Below are positions 50,516 to 58,765 of a DNA stretch of 64,000 bases, piece after piece (within the stretch, counting starts at the first letter, position 1; each line of letters begins with the position of its first letter). Position numbers and translations under genes: made by a program. The stretch is from Candidatus Thorarchaeota archaeon (GTDB lineage: Archaea; Asgardarchaeota; Thorarchaeia; Thorarchaeales; Thorarchaeaceae), in the NCBI GenBank assembly GCA_016933575.1, contig JAFGAR010000028.1:96001-160000 (forward strand). The letters run 5' to 3'. The notes beneath the pieces are model-generated. The model was not told the DNA's origin. It did not search any database and worked only from the letters and a program-made list of their open reading frames with translations.

Positions 50516-51520
50516 CTATGCCCTCTTTTTCAAGAACCCATTTTCAAAGTACCAATCGATAGCTCGCTTAATGCCCTCACGCATGGTCACTTTTGGTTCC
50601 CACCCCAAGAGTTTCTTAGCTTTCGCATTCTTATACCATCGATCTTCATCCATACTTTGAACAGTCTGCATATGCCAAAGAAATGTTGTCTTTCTTCGAT
50701 TCTTGAAGGGACTTAGAACCCCGATACCAATTTTAGCAATACTTGTAGGGATCTTCCTTTTTGGTGGTTCAACACCACAAGTTTCCGCCACGAATTCGAA
50801 TAGCTCGTTGTATGTTAGAGGCTCATCAGGACAGAGAATTATGGTGTTGTTCAATGCGGATTTGGAAGTAATCGCTTTGATGAATCCCTCAACGACATCA
50901 TCAACATGTGTGTACATCAGGTGCTTCTTACCATCTCCAGGAAGAACAGGGATTGTTCCATCATTCACCGCTTCAATCGCTTCAAAAGCTGTATAGAGGT
51001 CTCCTTCGCCCATAATACCAGTCGGGCGTAGTATAATATGGTCAAGTTTTGTATCCTTAGTTATTTCACGGATAGATTGTTCAGCTACAACTTTGCTCTG
51101 ACCATAATCAAATGAAGGAGTTAGTTCAGTATCTTCATTTCCAGGAGGATAACGGACAGGGCCTATTGCTTCTGTGCTTGAACAGTAGATAAAACGTTCA
51201 ACTTTTGTTCCAACACATGCAGACATAAGATTCCTTGTCCCTTCGACATTGACTTTGTACATAAGCTCTGTATCACTGGGATAAAAGTCAAAATATGCCG
51301 CAAGATGAATTACGATATCTATGTCTTGAACTGCCGCCTCTATACTACCGATATCAAGAAGATCAGCTTCTCTTATTTCGATACCCTTTGGAAGTCCTTC
51401 AACATTACTTGTCTTACGAACAAGTGCAATAACCTCATGACCCTCGTCAAGAATCCTTGGAATGAGTTTTCTTCCAACAAACCCAGTAGCACCAGTTAAG
51501 AGGATTTTCAATTGAAACAA
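50516..51520 (-). CDS. NAD-dependent epimerase/dehydratase (extended SDR)
   Basis: TGATGFVG, IHLAA, YGQSK, HVDDV. Confidence 0.9.
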   Translation of the reverse strand: MFQLKILLTGATGFVGRKLIPRILDEGHEVIALVRKTSNVEGLPKGIEIREADLLDIGSIEAAVQDIDIVIHLAAYFDFYPSDTELMYKVNVEGTRNLMSACVGTKVERFIYCSSTEAIGPVRYPPGNEDTELTPSFDYGQSKVVAEQSIREITKDTKLDHIILRPTGIMGEGDLYTAFEAIEAVNDGTIPVLPGDGKKHLMYTHVDDVVEGFIKAITSKSALNNTIILCPDEPLTYNELFEFVAETCGVEPPKRKIPTSIAKIGIGVLSPFKNRRKTTFLWHMQTVQSMDEDRWYKNAKAKKLLGWEPKVTMREGIKRAIDWYFENGFLKKRA

Positions 51521-51607
51521 CCTCAGAACGAAACACTACCATGTAGCATTTATCTGTTCCCAATCAATGACTGCTAAATCTAATATAGCCTCAAGTGCTA
51601 TTATCAA

Positions 51608-53032
51608 TTGGGCGTAAATAGAGTACTTATTCGGAGGAGTAACAATTCATTGAAAAGTGAGGAACAACTTACACCCTCAGAGGATACCCCTGCTGCTTGG
51701 TTTCAAATGGGTTCAAGACTAGCTTCGGAAGGAAGACTAGTAGAAGCTGAACGAGCAATCAAGATTGCCGTTGACATGCAGGAGCAATTCCCGATTGCTT
51801 GGGCTATTCTCTGTGCAATACTACTCTCTCAGGGAAAGGAAACAGATGCAGAAAAAGCTGGGAAAAAGGCAATCTCTCAATGTTCAGAATTGAAAATGAC
51901 TTGGCCAATATTTCGCAGTATCATACTCAAGCATGCAATAAGAAAAGGAGCGAATTGGAAAATACCCAAGAGAATCTCAATTGATGAAGAAGGTTTATCA
52001 AAATGGGGTGAGACTCTGGCAATATTCTCAAAGGCAGTCACAGATGAAATTGAAACTGTCAAGGCTCCTGCAATTAAACCGGATATTGAAAAAGAAAAAC
52101 CAGAAGAAAAAACAATAGACACTCCCACTCCCCCTTCTGTCAAATTAGAGCGTGAGAAATTACCCTCGTATTCGTCAAGAACAGTTGAAGGCTTAACAAA
52201 GCTTATGGATCGAAAACTAAAAACTACGAAGAGCACTCAAGTAACATCTCCTGATGAGAGAGATGAGAAAACAAAACAATCTGAACTACCAACCTATTCG
52301 TCAAGAAAAGTAGTTGATGTTACAGAGAAATACTATGAAGAACTTGAGAGTCCAGAAGAGAGTAGCAGTAGTTCACCTGAATGGACACCAGTAACTCCGG
52401 GTCAATCACAGACATCTGAAGCATGGTACAGTGCGGCTGAAGTACATTTACGTCAAGGTCGTTTTGACCAATCCGAGCAATCTCTCTTGAGAGGTTTATC
52501 AATGGACCCCAAGAATGGAAAAGCTTGGCTCAGACTTGGGAGTCTTCTAATGAGGAGAAAGAACTATCAAGATGCTCAAGAAGCATTCGAAAAAGCAACT
52601 CAGTTCCTCAATAGAAATGTGGAGGCTCTGAGTGCTCTGGGAGATTGTTTGCAGGAACAACATAAATGGAGAGAGGCATTTCAAGTATTATCAAAGGCTG
52701 CAATAATCGAGCAAAATAGACCTGATATCTATCTCAAAATAGGTATCTCAGAATACAACCTGGGTCTATATCAGGATGCATCAAGAAGTTTTCTTAGAGT
52801 TTTGCGGATTGCACCTAGTCAAAAAGATGCAATGTTCTACTTAGCTCAATGTATGGAGAAGCAAGGTAATAGAAAACATGCACTCAGTCTTTACATCAAA
52901 CTGATGAATCTAGGCAATCTTTCTTCAGAGATGTATGAAAAGATGTCAGGTGCATTTGAGCGATTAGGTAGGCAGTATGAAGCTAGAGAGTCTAGAAGAC
53001 AAGCGGTCCTCGCAAGGCAAGCTGGAAAGTAA
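51608..53032 (+). CDS. TPR protein with N- and C-terminal TPR blocks and a disordered linker
   Basis: AWFQMG…A, AWLRLG, AMFYLAQC repeats; likely start 51650. Confidence 0.85.
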   Translation: MGVNRVLIRRSNNSLKSEEQLTPSEDTPAAWFQMGSRLASEGRLVEAERAIKIAVDMQEQFPIAWAILCAILLSQGKETDAEKAGKKAISQCSELKMTWPIFRSIILKHAIRKGANWKIPKRISIDEEGLSKWGETLAIFSKAVTDEIETVKAPAIKPDIEKEKPEEKTIDTPTPPSVKLEREKLPSYSSRTVEGLTKLMDRKLKTTKSTQVTSPDERDEKTKQSELPTYSSRKVVDVTEKYYEELESPEESSSSSPEWTPVTPGQSQTSEAWYSAAEVHLRQGRFDQSEQSLLRGLSMDPKNGKAWLRLGSLLMRRKNYQDAQEAFEKATQFLNRNVEALSALGDCLQEQHKWREAFQVLSKAAIIEQNRPDIYLKIGISEYNLGLYQDASRSFLRVLRIAPSQKDAMFYLAQCMEKQGNRKHALSLYIKLMNLGNLSSEMYEKMSGAFERLGRQYEARESRRQAVLARQAGK

Positions 53033-53046
53033 TTCGTCAAGAGATT

Positions 53047-53775
53047 CTATTGAAGCATCGTATTCAATCTAGGCAGTATCTCACCAGCTTTTCCTGACAG
53101 ATGCAAATCCGCCATAGATGTAAGAGGTGTACTCTCGACATTTACTTCAATAATTGTCCCCCCATTCTGCTTTACTAATATTGGGAATGATGCTGCGGGT
53201 TGCACTAAAGCTGAAGTCCCAATGACTATACATGCATCTGCCTTTTGCAATTGGTCATATACGACTGAAATGATCTCTTGGTTAAGCTGCTCTCCAAACC
53301 AGACAACATCAGGTCTGAGGTTACGATTGCATTCAGGACAGGTAGGAATACCAACTGCAGGCTCTTCAAGTCTACCAAGATGACCGCATGAGGTACATTT
53401 CAATGCCCAGATATTTCCATGGACCTCGAAGACCTTTCTTGATCCAGCTCTTCTATGGAGACCATCGACATTCTGTGTTATCAAGCTCTTCAAAATCCCA
53501 GTTCTTTCCCAACTTGCCAGAACTGTATGTGCTGGATTTGGATTGCATTTTGAAATTAAGTGCTGTCGCCAAGTGTACCATTCCCAGACTAGTTTTGGAT
53601 TCTTTGCAAATGCATCAGGAGTTGCTAGTTCCATGGCATCATAATTACGCCACAAACCATCTTTTCCACGAAATGTAGGAACATTGGATTCTTTTGAGAT
53701 CCCTGCGCCTGTAAGTGCAATAAGATATTTTGATTGTTTGATGGCTGTTGTTGCTTCAGAGAAAGAATCAACCAA
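53047..53775 (-). CDS. cobB: Sir2-family NAD-dependent protein deacylase
   Basis: GAGISKESNVPTFRG, TQNVDGLH, HG, two CxxC, RPDVVWFGE, GTSALVQPA; the track's upstream extension overlaps the next gene. Confidence 0.93.
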   Translation of the reverse strand: MVDSFSEATTAIKQSKYLIALTGAGISKESNVPTFRGKDGLWRNYDAMELATPDAFAKNPKLVWEWYTWRQHLISKCNPNPAHTVLASWERTGILKSLITQNVDGLHRRAGSRKVFEVHGNIWALKCTSCGHLGRLEEPAVGIPTCPECNRNLRPDVVWFGEQLNQEIISVVYDQLQKADACIVIGTSALVQPAASFPILVKQNGGTIIEVNVESTPLTSMADLHLSGKAGEILPRLNTMLQ

Positions 53776-53908
53776 TCTAGTCACCGCCAAGTGTATTGAG
53801 GAAAGAGTCATAAGGTATTCATGAAATATAGATGCCTCCGCCATCAATCTTATTAAGGGCTTACATTGATAATTATTCACTATTGTGAATGATTGTTGAG
53901 GGAATTCG

Positions 53909-54391
53909 ATGTCTCGATCTGAAAGCAAACAAGTTAAGAAAAGAACATGGATGATGCCACAAGAAGTGGAAGTTTGGTATGTCCTTCCTGCAATTAGGCG
54001 TGAATTGGCCAAGATATTGAAGACCAAAGCAGTACAGAGGGTGGGTGAAGATGGCAAAATCAAGGAACGCAAAGTCACACAGAAAGAGATTGCCAAGATA
54101 CTTGGAGTGACTGAACCAGCAATAACACAATATCTGCTTAAGAAAAAGGGGAGAAGATCTAGAGGGGATCAAGTCATTATTCCAGAAAAATTCATCCCGG
54201 AGATCGATAAATCCGCAGATAAAATGTTAGCCACATTCGAAGAAGGCTACAATATTGAGAATATGTTTGAAGACATGACGCGTGAAGTGAATAGAATAAT
54301 AAAACTCATGCGCGATGATGGAGCAATGTGCGACATCCACAGACAATTCTCTGCTCATGTTAAAGGCGATTGCAACGCTTGTAAGAAGTAG
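53909..54391 (+). CDS. archaeal HTH transcriptional regulator with C-terminal Cys/His motif
   Basis: LPAIRRELA, TQKEIAKILGVTEPAITQYL, CDIH…CNAC. Confidence 0.85.
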   Translation: MSRSESKQVKKRTWMMPQEVEVWYVLPAIRRELAKILKTKAVQRVGEDGKIKERKVTQKEIAKILGVTEPAITQYLLKKKGRRSRGDQVIIPEKFIPEIDKSADKMLATFEEGYNIENMFEDMTREVNRIIKLMRDDGAMCDIHRQFSAHVKGDCNACKK

Positions 54392-54441
54392 TTCTATCAA
54401 GCAAAGGCTTAATTCCAAGTAACTAGACCCCAGTTTCTGTC

Positions 54442-55179
54442 TTGGGGTGTACATTATTGACAGGAGAAATTATTGTCTCTATCCAGGATTCGTATGCGAT
54501 CGTAAAGATATCGAGACCTGATAAGATGAATTCTGTAACCAAAGAGATGTTACAATCATTTGATGAGAGTGTTGCAAGAATTGCTAATGATCCCAAAATA
54601 AGAGCCATCATTTTTACTGGTGAAGGAGATCGATCATTCTCCGCAGGTTTTGATCTAGAGATGGTGAAGAAGCTAGAAGGAAAAGATGCAATCGATTTCT
54701 TCAAACTCCTTGAGAAGACCATAAATCGGATCAAGGAAAATCGAACATGTATCACAATAGCAGCTGTGAATGGTTTTGTTATTGGATTTGGGGCGATGGT
54801 TGCTAGTGCTTGCGATTTTAGAATATTCTCTGAGAGTGCAATCTTTAGATTGCCGGAAGTTGAGCTTGCAATCTTTCCTGGAGCAGGTGCCGCTTCAAAT
54901 CTACTCTATTTAGTTGGACCCGCCAGAACAAAGGATATTCTCATGACAGGAAGGAAGGTTTCTGCGAAAGAAGCTCTTCAGATTGGCCTAGCAGATATGC
55001 TGGTAAAGAAAGAAGAAATAATGGAAAAGACAATGGAGTTTGTCCAAGAACTACTTCGAAGAGATGCCAAGATACTTTTACATACAAAGACTCTTGTTGA
55101 CGGTATGACTGGAAAAGAGCTTCAGGAAGCCGCTGACCTTGAGACTCAATATCTTGACGAATGGCTCCGAGAGTTCTAG
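54442..55179 (+). CDS. enoyl-CoA hydratase/isomerase
   Basis: RPDKMNS, FSAGFDL, IAAVNG, CDFRI, PEVELAIFPGAG. Confidence 0.9.
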   Translation: MGCTLLTGEIIVSIQDSYAIVKISRPDKMNSVTKEMLQSFDESVARIANDPKIRAIIFTGEGDRSFSAGFDLEMVKKLEGKDAIDFFKLLEKTINRIKENRTCITIAAVNGFVIGFGAMVASACDFRIFSESAIFRLPEVELAIFPGAGAASNLLYLVGPARTKDILMTGRKVSAKEALQIGLADMLVKKEEIMEKTMEFVQELLRRDAKILLHTKTLVDGMTGKELQEAADLETQYLDEWLREF

Positions 55180-55262
55180 ACCATCGTAGTTGAATTAAAC
55201 AACCTTACACCCATTCGTTTAATTAGGAGATATGAAGAGGTGGATTCCCTCAATTCGGAGAG

Positions 55263-56249
55263 ATGAAGAAAATGACCAAGAAGGCAGTAATCGCAATTGG
55301 TGGAAACAGTCTCATTAAAGACAAGCAGCACAAGACAGTACCTGACCAATATGCTGCAACAGCAGAAACATGCAAGCATATAGCTGATATGATTGAGCAA
55401 GGTTGGGATGTCGTAATCACATCTGGAAATGGTCCTCAAGTCGGATTCATATTACGACGTTCAGAATTATCAGAACATGAACTCCACCCAGTTCCATTGG
55501 ATTATTGCGGTGCTGATACCCAGGGAGCAATCGGATACATGATTCAGAGAGCCATGTACAATGAGTTCCACAAACGGAACATGATTAAGAACGCAGCCTC
55601 AATTGTTACACAAGTGCGAGTTTCAAAAGATGACCCTGCTTTTGAAGACCCAGCAAAACCAATCGGTTCATTCATGGATGAAAAGGATGCAAAGAGTAAG
55701 GTTGAGAAAGAGGGATGGATTGTAAAAGAAGACTCAGGAAGAGGGTGGAGAAGAGTGGTTGCTTCACCAATTCCAAAAGAGATCGTTGAACTCCCAGCAA
55801 TAAAGGCACTCATTGATCAAGGAATTATTGTCTATGCTGTAGGGGGCGGAGGCATTCCTGTAGTCGCTTCAGAAGACGGTTTACTTGAGGGTGTTGCCGC
55901 GGTCATCGACAAAGATAGAGCGTCCAGTCTATTAGCTACAGGTCTCGATGCAGACGTACTAATCATCTCTACGGCAGTTGAGAAGGTCTATCTCAATTAT
56001 GGTAAGGAAAACCAACAGGCTATTGATAAAATGGACCACATTCAAGCTCAGCAGTATATCCAAGAAGGACACTTTGCTCCAGGAAGTATGTTGCCTAAAA
56101 TCGAATCTTGTGTTGAATTCATCAAGAATGGTGGCGAGATGGCTATCATCACAGACCCACCAAACATCTCCAGAGCTCTACGAGGAGAAACTGGAACAAG
56201 AATTGTTGCAGGATTCGCAGTTCCGCCACCGCCTGAGAGAAGACCATGA
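55263..56249 (+). CDS. arcC: carbamate kinase
   Basis: AIGGNSL, GNGPQVG, KPIG, RRVVASP, GGGGIPV, VIDKD, GSMLPK. Confidence 0.95.
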   Translation: MKKMTKKAVIAIGGNSLIKDKQHKTVPDQYAATAETCKHIADMIEQGWDVVITSGNGPQVGFILRRSELSEHELHPVPLDYCGADTQGAIGYMIQRAMYNEFHKRNMIKNAASIVTQVRVSKDDPAFEDPAKPIGSFMDEKDAKSKVEKEGWIVKEDSGRGWRRVVASPIPKEIVELPAIKALIDQGIIVYAVGGGGIPVVASEDGLLEGVAAVIDKDRASSLLATGLDADVLIISTAVEKVYLNYGKENQQAIDKMDHIQAQQYIQEGHFAPGSMLPKIESCVEFIKNGGEMAIITDPPNISRALRGETGTRIVAGFAVPPPPERRP

Positions 56250-56300
56250 TGAGACCACTACATTAATTGTGTAGTGTGTATCTGTGCAACATGATGAAAC

Positions 56301-56681
56301 ATGTGTCCTAAACAGATTGTAACAGATAACGCTCCAAAAGCTATAGGTCCATATTCACAAGGCATAGTGTCACAGGGGTTTGTATTTTGTTCTGGGCAAA
56401 TTCCAGCAAATCCTAAGACAGGCGAATTGGTGACGGGATCAATTACTGAACAGACTCATCAATCCTTATCGAATGTGAAAGGAGTGATAGAAGCTGCTGG
56501 CTCTAGTATGAGTAAGGTAGTGAAATGCACTGTCTTTCTAAGAGACATGAATGATTTTGCAGAGATGAATCAAGAATACGCAAAATGGTTTTCAAATCCT
56601 CCTCCAGCAAGAGCAGCTGTACAAGTCGCAAGACTCCCAAAAGATGTTGGTGTCGAAATAGAGGCAATCGCTGAGCTATAG
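56301..56681 (+). CDS. ridA: RidA/YjgF family enamine deaminase
   Basis: [35 protein letters not shown]. Confidence 0.93.
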   Translation: MCPKQIVTDNAPKAIGPYSQGIVSQGFVFCSGQIPANPKTGELVTGSITEQTHQSLSNVKGVIEAAGSSMSKVVKCTVFLRDMNDFAEMNQEYAKWFSNPPPARAAVQVARLPKDVGVEIEAIAEL

Positions 56682-56734
56682 AGAGTCAATATTCCCTATA
56701 GGTGGTTATATACAAGTCTAAGGATAATAGAATA

Positions 56735-56890
56735 TCCAGAAGAGGTGTAGTCACCGCAGACTGGATTATCTTTGGGGAAAAGAGTGCATGTTAGCTGAGC
56801 CACCACCTTTCTACTCATTATGACGTGCCTGCTGTTTGGTAATACTTTTATCCCCGTCCGACCGGTTTGATTGTGCATGACGGGTGGTAG
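56735..56890 (+). promoter_or_regulatory. candidate structured 5' leader RNA
   Basis: TTATATA at 56706; nested stems at 56738-56812; CCCGTC/GACGGG hairpin over the RBS region. Confidence 0.35.
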
Positions 56891-56898
56891 ATTAAAAT

Positions 56899-58032
56899 AT
56901 GAACTCAAGTAATGTGAAACTCTACGGAGTTCTAATTGCAGTAGTGCTAGTTGCTGCTTTTGCTTTAGCAGGAATTGTTCTTCTACAACCACCAGCTGAA
57001 GAGCCAGATGTGCCCTTGGTTGTTGTCATTGGAAGAACTGGTACGACTGAAAATGTCACTTTGACAGAAATGGAGTCAATGACTACCATTGCAGGTAATA
57101 GTTCATACCAAAATTCGTATGGAAATATACGAGGATACGGTTCGTATACTGGCGTGAAAATTTCAGATCTTGTGGATCTTGTTGGCGGAATGTCAGAAAA
57201 CGATACCCTACAGGTTACAGCTTCAGATGATTATATGATAACTTTCGAATTCGGGAAGGTCTATCCAAATTCAAGTATTTTGGCAATTCAAGGTGATATG
57301 ATTTTAGCATATGAATACAATAGCACAACCGTACCAGACTATGAAGATGGTTTCAGAATTGCCTTCATGCCAGATGATGGCTACTACTCAAATGAAGATG
57401 CCAATGCTACCACAGAACCAGATCCTTCAGCAGCTGGGCCGCAATGGGTGTCCAAAGTTGTGAAGATACAAGTTCTAGCTCCTGAAACAACAGTGATGAC
57501 ATTAAATTTTGAGGATACAACCATCGAATTCAAACTATCAGAAATCAAGGCATTGACTCCAATAAGCGGTGAGGGTGGTTATAGAAAGTCTACAGGTACA
57601 ATCAATGGACCGTATGAAATAACAGGAGTGGCATTTAGTACACTTCTAGGTTTGCTTCCAACATTACCAGACAACTATACATTGACAGCGATAGCTAGAG
57701 ATGATTGGACAACTGAGTACACGAAAGCTATGGTGGAAGGAAGACTCAGTGGGTATACACCGACTGGAGATCCGATTGATTTGATCAACTCGACTATGGT
57801 TCTTGCCTATGAGATAGACGGAAGTCCAATTCCAGATGAAGATGGGCCTTTAAGAATCACTTTCATCAATGAAGATGGAAATCTAACAGATGGTCCCCTA
57901 TGGGCAAAGAAGATTTTCAACATCACATTAACAGAAATCCCTACAACGCCTAGCCTTGTCGAAAATCTCACAGTTGGTGTAGATATCAACTATGATATAT
58001 GTATCATAATGGCACAAGTCAAACTGATATAG
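56899..58032 (+). CDS. membrane-anchored/secreted protein with two molybdopterin-oxidoreductase (sulfite-oxidase-like) domains
   Basis: N-terminal TM; duplicated TGV…A-x-D-x-Y/W…M-x-LAYE…G-x-x-RI…W-x-x-K pattern. Confidence 0.72.
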   Translation: MNSSNVKLYGVLIAVVLVAAFALAGIVLLQPPAEEPDVPLVVVIGRTGTTENVTLTEMESMTTIAGNSSYQNSYGNIRGYGSYTGVKISDLVDLVGGMSENDTLQVTASDDYMITFEFGKVYPNSSILAIQGDMILAYEYNSTTVPDYEDGFRIAFMPDDGYYSNEDANATTEPDPSAAGPQWVSKVVKIQVLAPETTVMTLNFEDTTIEFKLSEIKALTPISGEGGYRKSTGTINGPYEITGVAFSTLLGLLPTLPDNYTLTAIARDDWTTEYTKAMVEGRLSGYTPTGDPIDLINSTMVLAYEIDGSPIPDEDGPLRITFINEDGNLTDGPLWAKKIFNITLTEIPTTPSLVENLTVGVDINYDICIIMAQVKLI

Positions 58033-58122
58033 ATTAATTATGCCCTCAGAACAATCCTTTTCTTTGTTCTTTTCAGGCGAAAGAATGAAGAAAAGATATT
58101 CTAAGAGTCCTTTGAGCGAGGA

Positions 58123-58764
58123 GTGATTACAATGACTTTACCATACACCGATAGCAAGGATATTGATACACTCCTTGGTAGAGCTGCCACTTTGATAGAG
58201 AAGAAGCTCTTCGATGAGGCACTTGTCACTCTTCAGCATGGCCTATCTTTGGATCCGGACAATCCGAAAACATGGGAGCGTATTGCTGCATGCAATCTTG
58301 AAATGGGAAAACCAAAGATGGCAATTGAGGCACTCAATAACTTATTACGAATCCAGCCAAATTCCTACTCAGGGTGGGCAGATAAAGGTCTATTACATTT
58401 ACTAATGAATGAAACATCAGAAGGTATTGGTGCTCTCAAAGAGAGTCTACGACTGAATCCAAGAAGAGCAAGAGACTGGGAACTTCTAGCAACTGTATTG
58501 ATTTCAGAAGAACGATGGGATGAAGCACTTGACGCCCTCGAAAAGACCCTAGATATGAATCCGAATTCAGCTGTCACATGGTACAATCTGGCTATTGTCT
58601 ATCTCTTTTTCGAAGAACTCAATTTGGCAGTACAAGCAGCAGAAGTCGCCTTCTCAATTGATCCATCCCTCAGAGAACTTGCAGAGGACTGGATAGACAT
58701 GGTCGATGAAGATGATACCGAAGATGAAGATGATACAGCACTCTATGATTTTGCGGCAAGTTGA
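58123..58764 (+). CDS. TPR repeat protein with acidic tail
   Basis: L-x-L-D/N-P turns with W-x-x-x-A/G repeats; tail DEDDTEDEDD. Confidence 0.88.
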   Translation: MITMTLPYTDSKDIDTLLGRAATLIEKKLFDEALVTLQHGLSLDPDNPKTWERIAACNLEMGKPKMAIEALNNLLRIQPNSYSGWADKGLLHLLMNETSEGIGALKESLRLNPRRARDWELLATVLISEERWDEALDALEKTLDMNPNSAVTWYNLAIVYLFFEELNLAVQAAEVAFSIDPSLRELAEDWIDMVDEDDTEDEDDTALYDFAAS

Positions 58765-58765
58765 T

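Noticed and set aside
53776-54096. Long N-terminal extension of the sirtuin
   Set aside because: Overlaps the divergent HTH gene; sirtuin homology starts near 53775, where an RBS-like GGCGGTGA precedes TTG
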